Part shown: positions 25,177 through 38,670 of the stretch, piece by piece
How positions within the stretch are numbered: the stretch's first letter is position 1
How the letters are laid out: each line of letters begins with the position of its first letter
Assembly (NCBI RefSeq): GCF_963921235.1
Contig: NC_086097.1
Location: 255,070,001 to 255,134,000, forward strand
DNA: 64,000 nucleotides
Source of the DNA: Mobula hypostoma
Lineage: Eukaryota
Direction of reading: 5' to 3'
The notes under the pieces: generated by a model
Seen by the model: the letters and a program-made list of their open reading frames with translations, nothing else
Databases searched by the model: none
What the model was told of the DNA's origin: nothing
Made by a program: the position numbers and the translations under genes

Positions 25177-27095
25177 AGGCATCACTGCCATCCTGTTCGC
25201 TTCTACAACCGAGGGCTTCTGCAATTCCGGACTCACCAGAAGCCCAGCAGGAAATCCAGACTCCCCCTCGTGGTCTTCCGGAGCATCTACTAAGAGGGCT
25301 TCGCCCTCAACACTCCGTGAAATTTGGGGGTCGCCATCACTCTCGCAACTTCCCCGGGCCGTACCACTATTGGCTTCAACTGGGTGAACCAACAGTCCCT
25401 CGTTTAAATTCCGTATCCGGCCCAATGTCCCCAAAAAGCTCTCACCTGCATTCTCCTTGCAGGTCGCCATGGGTCTCCTCACAAGAGGGGTGTTGATCCC
25501 GACCAGAATTGAAACGCCGCCCGTCTCAACAGCGTCCGGACGAACCAGCGCCACTGTATCAAGAACGCCAGACACTCCAACATCGGCCTCCGCGAACTCC
25601 ACTTTCAGTGACAAGTAACCGCGGTATGGATAATCACTAGCACTGAGACCCCAAATTCCAATGCATTGAATTGTGTCAAGGGGTAATGCTTCAGATACCG
25701 GTTGTAAAACTAACGGTACAGTAATGTGACCTGCGACGCGCTGTTGAGTGTGGCTTCAGCGTAAACACGCACTATCCGTAACGACACACTGGAGCCTGGT
25801 CCCACTGAGGTTTCAGGAACAGAGTCTTTTGCTTTCGGAGGTTCCTCGGTACATTGCTGGGAACGTGTTCCCCCAGAGACAACAGGCCGTTCCCTCACTG
25901 GGTCTCCTCTAAGTTTTCCCAACACTCTCCCTGCTGAGGTACCCGGGGGCTCACTCGCCTTCTGGCGTGACACCTGCTGCTAGCAACTGTTCGCATTGTT
26001 CGTCTCCTTGAGGAATCCGCCCCCACCATCAGCTCCATCATCTTGGGGGGGAGGGGGTCACACCCACTGATAACAGCCGGCGCATCTCCTTTCTCAACTC
26101 TGCCGCAATCTCTACTGCTCCCCGGGGTAGGCTATCTGTGGTCAGTTCACTGCAGGGGACTGCTACCGAGGACTCTACCCTGCTGACCTGAGTCCTCACA
26201 AGCCTCCGCCGCGTTCTCACTCTTCAGCGGGGGACATGGACTAATTAGACATTCCAAATCCGACCACTCCTTCCCCTCACTCCTCAGAAATGATAGAAGC
26301 CTGTCTTTGAAATCTACCCCTCCCCCCAGCTACCTCAGCGCTGGTCTGCATTAAAACGAGAGCTGCGCCGGCCATTTTATCAAACCTCCGCTCACAATCG
26401 CAACTTCTAAAAGTACCTAACATTGGAATTAACAATTCATCCGGAATATAAATATCTGCCCCACTGGTTCATTGCTCAGGGTAATCACACAGCATCCAAC
26501 GGAATCAATCCCGAACGTAGCCCCCACAATTGTAACACTCGCTTCGCCTAGCGGCTTAATATAAGGGGTGATAACCCCCTTTCCGGCCAAACTTAAGAAA
26601 TTCATTTGGGTGGATGCTGCGCGATGTGTCCCCTGTTACAAATCAGTACACCGAAATAACAAACAGTACACAATATGCTACTAAACGATTAAGCTTCATA
26701 ACTCTTACTTTGACTATATGGTTAGCAGAGAAACAAAATGAAAAGAAAAAGGGTCCAAATTTTATTAAACAGTCTGTGCACAAAGTTGGAGCTCACTGTT
26801 TCCCCTTCGCCGATCCTCATTCGATCGTCGCTGCCCTTTGGAACCTCGCTCCGAGTCCACCCCTTCCGGCGGTCTACCAAATCTCTTCATTCGCGTCTTC
26901 CTTCTTCATCTCTCTCTCTCCCTCTCGCAAAATCCCGCGAAATCAACTGTTTCCACAATCACAAGACAGGGTAACAAAATCCTGATTGGCTAACATGCAT
27001 CCAAATTCCTGTTATCTCCAGCCATAACCGAAACATTGCTGCTACAGAGGAGCCATTACATTGACAGTGAAACCTTGCAGCGCGTTGCATGTTAT

Positions 27096-28340
27096 ATAGA
27101 AACATAGAAACATAGAAAATAGGTGCAGAAGTAGGCCATTCGGCCCTTCGAGCCTGCACCGCCATTTATTATGATCATGGCTGATCATCCAACTCAGAAC
27201 CCCGCCCCAGCCTTCCCTCCATACCCCCTGACCCCCGTAGCCACAAGAGCCATATCTAACTCCCTCTTAAATATAGCCAATGACCTGGCCTCAACTGTTT
27301 CTTGTGGCAGAGAATTCCACAGATTCACCACTCTCTGTGTGAAGAAGTTTTTCCTAATCTCGGTCCTAAATGGCTTCCCCTCTATCCTCAAACTGTGGCC
27401 CCTCGTTCTGGACTTCCCCAACATCGGGAACAATCTTCCTGCATCTAGCCTGTCCAATCCCTTTAGGATCTTATACGTTTCAATCAGATCCCCCCTCAAT
27501 CTTCTAAATTCCAACGAGTACAAGCCCAATTCATCCAGCCTTTCTTCATATGAAAGTCCTGCCATCCGAGGAATCAATCTGGTGAACCTTCTTTGTACTC
27601 CCTCTATGGCAAGGATGTCTTTCCTCAGATTAGGGGACCAAAACTGCACACAATACTCCAGGTGTGGTCTCACCAAGGCCTTGTACCTCCCTGCTCCTGT
27701 ACTCGAATCCTCTCGCTATAAATGCCAGCATACCATTCGCCTTTTTCACCGCCTGCTGTACCTGCATGCCCACTTTCAATGACTGGTGTATAATGACACC
27801 CAGGTCTCGTTGCACCTCCCCTTTTCCTAATCGGCCACTATTCAGATAATAATCTGTTTTCCTATTTTTGCCACCAAAGTGGATAACTTCACATTTATCC
27901 ACATTAAATTGCATCTGCCATGCATTTGCCCACTCACTCAACCTATCCAAGTCACCCTGCATCCTCAAGCATCCTCCTCACAGCTAACACTGCCACCCAG
28001 CTTCGTGTCATCCGCAAACTTGGAGATGCTGCATTTAATTCCCTTATCCAAGTCATTAATATATATTGTAAACAACTGGGGTCCCAGCACTGAGCCTTGC
28101 GGTACCCCACTAGTCACCGCCTGCCATTCTGAAAAGGTCCCGCTTATTCCCAGTCTTTGCTTCCTGTCTGCTAAACAATTCTCCACCCACACCAATACCT
28201 TACTCCCAATACCGTGTGCTTTAAGTTTGCACACTAATCTCCTGTCTGGGACCTTGTCAAAAGCCTTTTGAAAATCCAAATATACCACATCCACTGGTTC
28301 TCCCCTATCCACTCTACTAGTTACATCCTCAAAAAATTCT
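27096..28340 (-). mobile_element. CR1 LINE, 5'-truncated
   Basis: ORFs 27194-27676, 27630-27968 and 27965-28594 ([24 protein letters not shown]); (ATAGAAAC)n tail. Confidence 0.92.
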
Positions 28341-29085
28341 ATGCCAATGATTTTGATGGTGGTATCGATAGCTTTGTTGCAAAGTTTGCAGACAAAAAGA
28401 AGATTGGTAGAGGGGCAGGTGTTTTGAGGAAGTAGAGAGGCCACAGAAGGACTAAAACAGATTAGGAGACTGGGAGAAGAAATGACAGATGCAATACACT
28501 GTTCGGAAGTGTTTGGTCGTGCACTTTGACAGAAGAAATGAAAGTGTTGACTATTTTCTAAATTGAAAGAAAATACAAAAAAAAACTGAGGCACAAAGGG
28601 GCGGGAGTTCTTGTGCAGGATTAAGGTGGTTAATTTTCAGGTTGAGTCTGTGGTGAGTAAGGCAAATGCAATGTTAGCACTCATTTCAAGTGGACTAGAA
28701 TATAAAAGCAAGGATATAATGTTTAAATTTATAAAGCACAGTGAGGTTTCACTGGAAATATTATGAGCAGGTTTGTCCCCCATATCTAAGAAAGGATATG
28801 CTGAAACTGGAGAAAGTTCAGAGACGGTTCACGAAAATGATTCCAGGATTGAATGGTTTGTCATATGAAGAGTGTTCGTTGGCTCTGGGCCTGTATCCAG
28901 TAGAATTCAGAAGAATGAACGGTGAACTCATTGAAACCTATCGAATGGGAAAGGCCTTAATGGAGTGACTGTGAAGACGATGTTTCCTCTGGTGGGAGAG
29001 TCTAAACCAGAGGACACATCCTCAGAATAGAAGGGCGTCCTTGTAGAAAGGAGATGAGGAGGATTTGTGGAATTCTTTGCTTGCA

Positions 29086-29148
29086 GCACTGTGGATAATG
29101 TGTTGACTACGGATCAGAAGATTCTAGGTACGACTCCTACCTGACTCG
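29086..29148 (+). pseudogene. tRNA-Arg(ACG) pseudogene, 5' end lost
   Basis: Same degenerate sequence as 4850-4912. Confidence 0.8.
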
Positions 29149-30220
29149 TTGACGTCCTTTGCCCATCCTTGTGCAAGCCTTCCCAGCTGTCTTTTCTCAC
29201 ACTGCTTCCCAGACAATTACATTCTTACAGCTTACCTGATTCATCGCTGACTCCTCACCTGAAGCTCACTCTTCACTTTAGCATCAGTTGCGCTCTTTTC
29301 CTCGTCCATCCTTTCAAACCTGCAGATCTACCACGACATTATCTCCTTTGCAGAAACTGACTGCATACCCTCTCCCTCTCACTCCTCCTTCCTTTGCCTT
29401 CAATTCACCCAACAATTATGTGACAGGTGAATCCATAAAATTATGAAGGGGACGGATACGATAGAGGCAGAAACGTTGTTTCCACTGGTAGGAGAGACTA
29501 TATCTAGGGACATAGCCTCAAGATTCCAGGGAGTAGATTTAGGACGGAGATGAGGAAGAAATGCTTTTCCCGGAGAGTGATGAATCTGTGGAATTCTCTG
29601 CCCAATGCAGCAGTGGAGGCTACCTCACGAAATATATATGGGGACAGTGCAGGCAGTGGAGATGAATCCAGGGCTAGATGAGCCATGATTTTATTAATTG
29701 ACGGGCCAGATGGCCTACTCCTACTCCCATTGCTGACGTTCTTATGTTCTCCTGTTCTGTCTAAGTCCTTTGGCAGCCTACCTGTTTCCTGAACACTAAC
29801 TGCCCCTCCACCAATCTACATATCATCAGCAAACTTGGCAACAAAGCCATCTATTCCAGCTTCTAAAGCATTTATATACAGCATATAAAGAAGTGGTCCG
29901 AACATCGACCCCTGCGGAACACCACTAGTCACGGGCAGCCGACCAGAAAAGGATCCTTTTATTCCCGCTCGCTGCCTCCTACCAATCAGCCAATTCTCTA
30001 ACCAAGCCACTAACTTTTCTGTAATACCATGGGCTCTTAATTTGGTAAGCAGCCTCATGTGTGGCACCTTGTCAAAGGCATTCTGAAACTCCAAATATAC
30101 AACATCCACTGTATCCCCTTTATCAATATAATGTGTAGTCTCCTCAAAGAATTCTAACAGATTCATCAGGCAAGATTTTCGCTTAAGGACACCATGCTAA
30201 CTTTGTCTTATCTTATCCTG

Positions 30221-31518
30221 GAGAGACTTGCTCTGGAGCCGCTACGGCCTATGGTCAGGCCACACTTAGATCCCCTCCAGTTCCCCTACCAGCCCCGACT
30301 AGGAGTTGAGGAAGCCATCGTCTAACTGCTGAACCGTGTCTACGCCCACCTGGACAAGCCAGCGAGCACTGTGAGGGTCATGTTTTTTGACTTCTCCAGT
30401 GCGTTCAACACCATCCGCCCTGCTCTGCTGGGGAGGAAGCTGACAGCGATGCAGGTGGATGCTTCCTTGGTATCATGGATTCTTGATTACCTGACCGGCA
30501 GACCACAGTACGTGTGCTTGCAACACTGTGTGTCCGACAGAGTGATCAGCAGCCCCGGGGCTCCACAGAGGACTGTCTTGTCTCCCTTTCTCTTCACCAT
30601 TTACACCTCGGACTTCAACTACTGCACAGAGTCTTGTCATCTTCGGAAGTTCTCGGATGACTCTGCCATAGTTGGATGCATCAGCAAGGGAGATGAGGTT
30701 GAGTACAGGGCTACGGTAGGAAACTTTGTCACACGGTGTGAGCAGAATTATCTGCAGCTTAATGCGAAAAAGACTAAGGAGCTGGTGGTAGACCTGAGGA
30801 GAGCTAAGGTACTGGTGACCCCTGTTTCCATCCAGGGGGTCAGTGTGGACATGGTGGAGGATTACAAATACCTGGGGATACGAATTGACAATAAACTGGA
30901 CTGGTTAAAGAACACTGAGGTTGTTTACAAGAAGGGTCAGAGCTGTCTCTATTTCCTGAGGAGACTGAGGTCCTTTAACATCTGCCGGACGATGCTGAGG
31001 ATGTTCTACGAGTTTGTGGTGGCCAGTGCTATCATGTTTGCTGTTGTGTGCTGGGGCAGCAGGCTGAGGGTAGCAGACACCAACAGAATCAACAAACTCA
31101 TTCGTAAGGCCAGTGATGTTGTGGGGATGGAACTGGACTCTCTGACGGTGGTGTCTGAAAAGAGGATGCTGTCTAAGTTGCATGCCATCTTGGTCAATGT
31201 CTCCCATCCACTAAATAATGTATTGGGTGGGCACAGGAGTACATTCAGCCAGAGACTCATTCCACCGAGATGCAACACTGAGCGTCATAGGAAGCCATTT
31301 CTGCCTGTGGCCATCAAACTTTACAACTCCTCCCTTGGAGGGTCGGACACCCTGAGCCAATAGGCTGGTCCTGGACTTATTTCATAATTTACTGGCATAA
31401 TTTACATATTACTATTTAACTATTTATGGTTCTATTACTATTTATTATTTATCGTGCAACTGTAATGAAAACCAATTTCCCCCAGGATCAATAAAGTATG
31501 ACTATGACAACTATGACG
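30221..31518 (+). mobile_element. Rex1-type LINE, 5'-truncated, relatively young
   Basis: Open 330-aa ORF 30371-31363 (FFDFSSAFNTI, GAPQ, KFSDD, YKYLG). AATAAAG(TATGAC)n tail. ATCCTG TSD at 30215-30220 and 31519-31524. Empty site near 6675. Confidence 0.92.
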
Positions 31519-32246
31519 ATCCTGTGTCATCAAGTTCTTCACAATGCCATCCTTACCAATTGACTCCAACATTTTCCTAACCACTGAGGTTAGCTAACTG
31601 GTCTGTAATTTCCTTTCTGCAGCCTTCCTCCTTTCTTAAAGAGTGGAGTGACGTTTGAAATTTGCCAATCCTCTGGCACGATGCCAGAGTCCAGAAGCTG
31701 CAGAGCGTGCCAAACTTAGTTGGCTGCATCTTGGGTATTAGTCTACAAAGTATCCAGGACATTGCGAGGAGCGGTGTCTGAGAAAGGCATCATCCATTGT
31801 TAAGGACCCTGAGCACCCAGGGCATGCCCATTTCTCCTCTTACCATCAGGTAGGAGGTACAGAAGCCTGAAGGCACACACTCAACGATTCAGGAACAACT
31901 TCTTCCCCGCTGCCATCCGATTCCTCGACGGACATTGGACATTGAAGCCGTGATCACTACATCACTTTTTTTAAGTATACGTATGCTATTTCTGTTTTTG
32001 CACGAGTTTTAATCTATTCAATATACGTACAGTGTAATTGATTTTTTATTACTGTTAGTTTTTCTTCTCTATTTTGTATTGCAATGAACTACTGCAGCTA
32101 AGTTAACATATTTCACGACACCCGCCGGTGATAACAAGCCTGACACTGATTCAGACATAGATGAACAGAACATACTGAGCTACACAAATCGGAGGAGACC
32201 TGGTACAATGCCGGTCTGTATCTGCGTTCTGATACTTCAGATACTG

Positions 32247-32277
32247 GCACCACCTGCTGGTGTGGATTTGCAAACGC
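32247..32277 (-). promoter_or_regulatory. CTCF-like site in the tRNA-associated module
   Basis: CCAGCAGGTGGTGC at 32247-32260 on the minus strand. Confidence 0.55.
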
Positions 32278-33088
32278 AGAACCGAGAGTGACTGCAAAAG
32301 GTTGCCCAATCAGAATTGAAGAAAGTAATGTCCGTGCCTTTGTGGTAATCTCTTCTGTTGAACACTTGCCTTTGTGGTAATCTCTTCTGTTGAACACAGA
32401 GTCGCATCATCTTGTTGCGTGGAGTCCAATCAACTCTGAGAGTGGAGAGACTGCTGGAGCGGCCTGTGTGAAGACTGAGTGCTCTGGAATGCTGGGCCGA
32501 GACAAGCTCGCGATGGGTATTGTGTGATTTGGTGCATCTGTATTCCATCTGGTGACGTGTCGGAGCAGTCCCGAGTGCAGTCTTATGTCACCAAGCTGCC
32601 CCGTGACACGGGATTGATCATTTGCGCCAGAAAAGAGTAGCACAGCTTCGAATGGTGGGGATCCTTAATGAAAGACTCTTGTGACCGTGATCTGTGAAGA
32701 AGTGCTCAATGGTGTGAGGGATCTTTCAAATGCTGGACTGGACTGTATCCATCATTTTCTGTGTAGAGCTTTGCATTGCTGGGCATTCGTGTTTCCATGC
32801 CAGGCTAGAGCAGCTTGTGTGAAGAGCTGGCACTCTGGAATTTTACCCTGAAATAAGCTCAATTTGTATGACAAACGCGAGATATTTGCACGCTCAAAAC
32901 GCTGGAGGAAGTCAGCAGGCCAGGCAGCATCTGTGGGAAAGAGTAGACAGGCGAGGTTTGGGGCCGAGAGCCTTCTGTGATCTGATGCCTTCCATCTGGT
33001 TAGGTGACCGGGCAGTTCTGAGAGCAGTATTGTGCCAGTAAGTAGGTCTGTGATATGGAAGTGATGATTAGCATAAGAAAAGAGCTAG

Positions 33089-33175
33089 TCCTTCGAGCCG
33101 GAATCGAACCAGCGACCTAAGGATGTCAGCTTTTGTCTCTACAGTCCTCCGCTCTACCAGCTGAGCTATCGAAGG
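33089..33175 (-). tRNA. tRNA-Tyr(GTA) with a 14-nt intron
   Basis: Identical to 8268-8354 including the intron; T4 downstream. Confidence 0.97.
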
Positions 33176-33518
33176 AAAGACGCAAACGGAGTGCTCGGCG
33201 TGGACCCTTGCGACACGTAGTCCCAAACTAGTGAGACTCACAACACGCTGGAGGAACTCAGCAGGTCGGGCAGCATCCATGGAAACGATCAGTCAACATA
33301 TCGAAGGAAAGGCACGAACAGGGTGCTCCGCGTGGACCCCTGTGACACGGAGTCCCAGACTAGTGTCCATGTGATAAAACAGGTTGGGAACTCCTGCCTG
33401 CGGACAATGTTTCTGGAGCTGAGTGACAGCTGCGTGTCTGCCGTGTGGGTCCGAAACGTCGACTTGTCGTACGTTTTGAAGTAGTCTAGCACTGACAGTG
33501 GTTTCCGATAAGCGAAGG

Positions 33519-33591
33519 GGGCCAGTGGCGCAAAGGATAACGCGTCTGACTACGGATCAGAAGATTGTAGGTTCGATTCCTACCTGGCTCG
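33519..33591 (+). tRNA. tRNA-Arg(ACG)
   Basis: Stems intact. D-loop reads CAAAGG (U16A, within the A box) and T-loop reads TTCGATT. Confidence 0.88.
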
Positions 33592-34089
33592 GTGATGTTT
33601 TCCTCATTCTTTTGCAAACTCGTCAGCTGTCCTCTTTCACCCCGCTTCCTGGCCAATTTCCTTCTTACCATTTATAACTGACTCCTCACCAGAAAGCTCA
33701 CGCTTCATTTCCGCATCAGCCGCCAGTTATCTTTGTCTCATCGCTTTTCGGGCCTGTTGTCCTCATCTAACGTGCCCTCTTCACTGTTGCAAGGGGGAGC
33801 TGTCGCGATTGCGCCGAGCTGCGGTCTCCGCCAACTTTAATTGTCATTCAACCATACAAATGAAAGCTGCCAAATGAAACAGCTTTCCTCCAGAGCCGAG
33901 AGGAAACCACAGTACCAATAGCAGCACAAGGCACATGTGGCCTGTATAATTACGATAGCAGAAAACATACAGTCACAAAAGCCAAGTCTCTGAGTGTCAG
34001 CAATCTCGACTCAGGTTTAGTTTTGTTTTAAATTGAGTTTGGGGACAAAGGGGAGGTTAATCTTCAGTTTCCTGTTTATGGACAGTGAT

Positions 34090-36945
34090 GGAAAGCGGTC
34101 AGTGAGTGAGTGGGCCAGTGAAGGAGTGGAACTTTGAGGCTTTGATTCGAGAGATACTGGCAGTTTTGGCAGTTGTACTGTGCAATCAAGTCAATCAAGA
34201 TTTGAATAGCTCAGATTTAGCAGAAAGCAGCTGATTGGGCAATCGAGGTCAGGTGACCAAGCAGTTTGAACAGCTCAAACAAATAAATAGAGGGATAGCT
34301 CAAGCGGAGCAGCCTGTGGAAAGCAGCCAGTGAGTGAGTTGGCCAGTGAAGGAGTGGAGCTTTGAAGCTTTGACTCGAGAGACCTCGACGACAAAAGGCG
34401 GAGGACGAGCTTGTTCTCAGTTAGTCCCCAGTTAGCCTGTTCCCAGTTAGCCTCCTGAGACGGTGATGTGCCTCTCATGTGAGATGTGGCAGTCTTGGGG
34501 GAAGTCCCCTCTCCCGCAGAGTCACACCTGCCAGAAGTGCATACGGCTGGGCGATCTGGAAGACCGTGTAAGGAATCTGGAGCAGCAGCTGGATGACCTT
34601 CGACTCATAAGGGAGAATGTGGCAGTCATAGATGAGAGCTACAGGGAGGTAGTCACACCTGGGCTGTCGGAAGCATGTCGTTGGGTGAAGGTCAGACGGG
34701 GGAAAGCGATGGTGAGCAGACAGGTAGAGCAGAGCACCCCTGTAGCCATTCCCATGAATAATAAGTTTACCGTCCTGGATACTGTTGGCGGGGCGACCGA
34801 CCAGGTGTGAGCCACGGTGGCAGGGCCTCCGGCACTGAGTCTGACCCTGTGGTGCAGAAGGGTGGGACGGAGAAGAGGAGAGCTGTCGTTATTGGAGACT
34901 CTATAGTCAGGGGTGCAGACAGGAGATTTTGTGGACGTGAGAAGGACACCCGCATGGTTTGTTGCCTCCCGGGTGCCAGGGTCCGGGATGTCTCCGACCA
35001 GGTGCATGACATCCAGAAAGCAACCAGAGGTCGTGATACATGTTGGGACCAACGACATAGGCAGGAAGAGGGATGAGGTCCTGAAGCGTGAGATTCGGGA
35101 ACTAGGCAGAAGGCTGAAGAACAGGACCTCAAGGGTGACGTTCTCAGGATTGCTGCCAGTGCTATATGACAGAGATGGTAAGAATTGGAGCAGATGGCAG
35201 TTGAATGAGTTGCTGAGGAGTTGGTGCAGGGAGCAGGGTTTTAGATTTTTGGATCATTGGGATCTCTTCTGGGGAAGGTTCTGTACAGATTGGATGGATT
35301 GCACCTGAACTCGAGGGGTAGCAATATCCTTGCAGGTAGGTTTGCTAGCATGGTTCGGGAGGGTTTAAACTAATTTGCGAGGGGGATGGGACCCAGAGCG
35401 ATAGAGCAGTGAAAGAAGTGTATGGAGTAAAGCCAGAACTAACATATACAGAGGCTTTGAGAAAGAGAAGCAGAATAAAGGGTGTAAAGATAGGAAGGTA
35501 GAAGGGCTAAAGTGTGTGTACTTCAATGCAAGAAGCATTAGGAGCAAAGGTGATGAACTGAGAGCTTGGATACATACATGGAATTATGATGTACTGGCCA
35601 TTAAAGAGACTTGGCTAGCACTAGGGCAGGAATGGATTCTCAATATTTCTGGATTTCAGTGCTTAAAAAGGGATGGGGGGAGGGGGAGGAGGGGTGGCAT
35701 TACTGGTCAGGGATACTATTACAGCTACAGAAAGGGGGGGGGGGTAATGTAGCAGAATTCTCTTTTGAGTCAGTATGGATGTGTAAGGGGGTTTCGACTT
35801 TTATGTTACTGCGGAGGCTAATTAAAATGGGGTCTTTGTTATGTTAATCTGGGGAATGCGGCTTTGTTGTGTTAAACGTTGAGAAAGTTTGCGCTAACAG
35901 CTTGTTTTGCTTTACTTTGATAAGGAAGTGCTATTAACCAATTGGGATAGTTGTTATGGTTTTGGTGTATTTGAAGATACTGTATGCGCGGGGTTTTGGG
36001 GCAGAAGGCGGGAGAGTGAGACAGAGGATGGACGAGGTGCTGTGATGTCCGCTAACGGGGTCGGACCCCGAGGAGGGAGTTCAGCGAGGAGACGGAGACG
36101 GACTCGTGTGGAACGTCTGGTCGACCACCGTTGTTGGTCCCAGGCGGCCGGTCGAGGTGGTCCGAGGGGGTCGCAGGGTGAAGAAGAAGGTCCTTGAGCT
36201 CCAACGGTCTTTGTGCACGAAGAGATTGAACTTTGATAAGTGTGGCGCCTTTTATTTTCCTTTTATATTTTATTCTCTCTTAATTATATAGTTCCAGTAA
36301 TATCTATAAACTGTATATCATTTAATTGCATCTGGTGTATTGTCTGTTATTTGGGCGGTGTGGGGTACCTCACACAGCATCCACACGAACGAATTACCCA
36401 GTTTGCCGGGGCCGAGGGCTGTTTCCCTAGACGACAGCGAGCCGAGTGACCCTGAGGGTGGCCGGGGGCGGGGGTGGGGGGGAGCTACATGTGGAAGTCA
36501 GGAAAAGGAAGGGAGCAGTTACTCTATTGGGAGTATTTTATCGGCCCCCTGGTAGCAGCAGAGACACCTTGGAGCAGATTGGGAGGCAGATTTTGGAAAG
36601 GTGCAAAACTAACAGGGTTGTTATCATGGGTGACTTTAACTTCCCTAATATTGATTGACACCTGATTAGTTCCAAGGGTTTAGATGGGGCAGAGTTTGTT
36701 AAGTGTGTCCAGGACGCAGACTTTTACCTGAATGTTACCTGGGTTTCAGCACCTACGTTACAGAGAAAGGTTGAACAAGTTGGGTCTTTATTCTTTGGAG
36801 CGTAGAAGGTTGCGGGGGACTTGATAGAGGTGTTTAAAATTATGAGGGGGATAGATAGAGTTGACATAGATAGGCTTTTTCCATTGAGAGTAGGGGAGAT
36901 TCAAGCAAGAGGACATGAGTTGATAGTTAGGGGGCAAAAAACACA
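34090..36945 (+). mobile_element. CR1 LINE 5' portion (5' UTR repeats, ORF1 zinc finger plus esterase, start of ORF2) joined to a 3' fragment
   Basis: CLSC..CQKC plus coiled coil, GDSIVRG, HVGTND, YFNARSI, ETW, YRPP and GDFN motifs. Confidence 0.88.
35782..36489 (+). mobile_element. Solo LTR (family C)
   Basis: TGTAAG..CTACA termini. Splits the CR1 codons for SVW/VEVR with a degenerate 4-bp TSD (GATG/TGTG). A second copy lies at 52978-53902. Confidence 0.85.
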
Positions 36946-36954
36946 GGGGTTTCT

Positions 36955-37550
36955 ACCGATGATTTAGTAGTCTGGAATGACTACTGTGAAGACCATATTA
37001 CAGCGGTTGAAAACTGTTTGACAGATTTTCCAAGGCCAGTCTTACTGTGAACCTCGCTAAAAGTGAGTTTGGTCATGGCACAGTTACATATCTGGGCTAT
37101 GTGGTAGGCCAAGGACAACTGGCTCCTGTACAGGTCAAGGTTCAAGCTATTGCTGATGTTCCTGTTCCGACAAGCAAGAAAGCTTTAATAAGGATTTTGG
37201 GAATGGTTGGGTATTATCCTAAGGTTTGTAAGAACTTTGCAGACATCGCTCTCCCCCTAACAAAACTTCTAGGGAAGAGTGAAAGATTTGTGTGGAGTGA
37301 TTTTTACCAGGAGGCATTTGAACGTATGAAAACCATCCTGTGCTGAAAGCACCTGATTTTTTAAAACCATTCTCGATAGCAGCAGACGCTAGTGATGAAA
37401 CTGCTGGGGCAGTACTGTTACAGAAGGGTGTAGATGACATTTCTCAAAGAAATTTAATGTGCACCAGAGAAATGATTCAACTGTTGAAAAAGAATTGCTA
37501 GCACTTATTCTGACCTTACAACATTTTGAGGTCCATGTTTGCCCTGCCCA
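36955..37550 (+). mobile_element. Gypsy RT/RNase H fragment
   Basis: NLAKSEFG..VTYLGYVVG, LGMVGYY, DAS..GAVLLQ and STVEKELLAL motifs. Confidence 0.8.
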
Positions 37551-38333
37551 GAATTACCCCTATGAACTGTGCTTTTGAAGAGAGAGCGAGAGGGAGAGGT
37601 GCTCAACAACAGACACTTTGTTAAAAAGAGAGAGAGAAAGAAGGAGAGAGAGGGACCAAGACTGCTCACAGTTTGTTTATACTTTCCCAAGGATATTGCC
37701 TGCTTGTACATTCTTACAGAAAGAGAAGGGAGGAGTTATTTGAGAGACAGTTGGCACTCAGCACAGGGAGATAAATAGAAGGTCAGATGATAGACCTCAG
37801 ACACATGGTTTTGGACACTGAATGAGTTTTGTTGTGCCCACAGAAAAAGTGGGTTTTTGTGGGATCGATCAGTGGCTCTTGCAGTGTGTAGAGGGTGTGA
37901 TCAGTGGGGAGTTATTCATGTGCAACCCTCACCTGGGTTGATGATTCCACCACAGAAGAACGGTCCCCTTTGTTGTGGTCACAGTCGGTGACTTTTAAAG
38001 GATTTTGGAGGACAAAGGGAAGATCGACGGCGTCAGCTCACCTGAATACTCAAATTTCTCTCTCTCCATCACTACTCAACTCAATACCAGGAACTGAACT
38101 GAACTTTACTCATCATCGTAAGACTATAGTTTTACCCCTAGATTTGAAGAAGCTTGGTTTTCATGTATTTCCACAGTTACTTATATATAATCATTGTAAC
38201 CTGTTTGATTTATCTTCATTTATATTAATGTATTGCGTAGTTACTAATAAATATCATTAGTTAATAGCAATACTGGACTCCAAACTGTTATCAATTTCTG
38301 CTGGTTCTTTAACCCGTCACGGGGTACGTGACA
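37551..38333 (+). mobile_element. LTR (family A) joined to the Gypsy pol fragment
   Basis: Homologous to 47031-48490 and 58635-59470. Contains AATAAA and ends GGGGTACGTGACA. Confidence 0.8.
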
Positions 38334-38670
38334 CTTGCGTTATAAGGATAGATTGAATAGATTAAGCCTGTATTTTATTTCGAATGTAGAAGATTGAGAG
38401 GAGATTTAATGGAGGTACAAAATATATGACAGGTATAGATGAGGTAAATGTAAGCAGGCTTTTTCCACTGATGTTGGGTGAGACTACAATCAGAGGTCAT
38501 GAGTTAAGGGTGAAAGGTGTGAAATGTAAAGGCAACATGAGAGGAATCTTCACTCAGTGGATCATGAGAGGGGAAACTGCATCACTCAGAGGGTCGTGAG
38601 AGTGCGGAATAATAGACTAGATGGGCCAAAGGGCTGTTTCTGTGCTGTACTTCTCTATGATTCCTTGACT
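38334..38670 (+). mobile_element. Old CR1 3' fragment
   Basis: RRLRGDLMEV..RGHELRVKG-like translation. Confidence 0.6.

Larger units (their letters stand above)
15172..27089 (-). mobile_element. Gypsy LTR retrotransposon (5' LTR, primer site, gag-pol remnants) split by a nested CR1
   Basis: LTR 26531-27089 (TG..CA). tRNA-Pro-type primer-binding site TGGGGGCTACGTTCGGGAT near 26509-26526. Gag/protease remnants 25177-26500. RT (YLDD), RNase H, integrase (MDF, HSDQG) and GPY/F-like region at 15172-17800. No 3' LTR seen. Confidence 0.88.
28341..34090 (+). repeat. Segmental duplicate of ~4120-9150 plus 14490-14735
   Basis: Collinear, highly similar sequence: CR1, Arg pseudogene, CR1, Rex fragment, CTCF module, Tyr and Arg. 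The copies differ mainly by copy-specific insertions. Confidence 0.92.

Noticed and set aside
27171..28271. Long plus-strand ORFs (203 aa, 130 aa) and similar ones elsewhere
   Set aside because: Antisense shadows of CR1 or Gypsy coding sequence.
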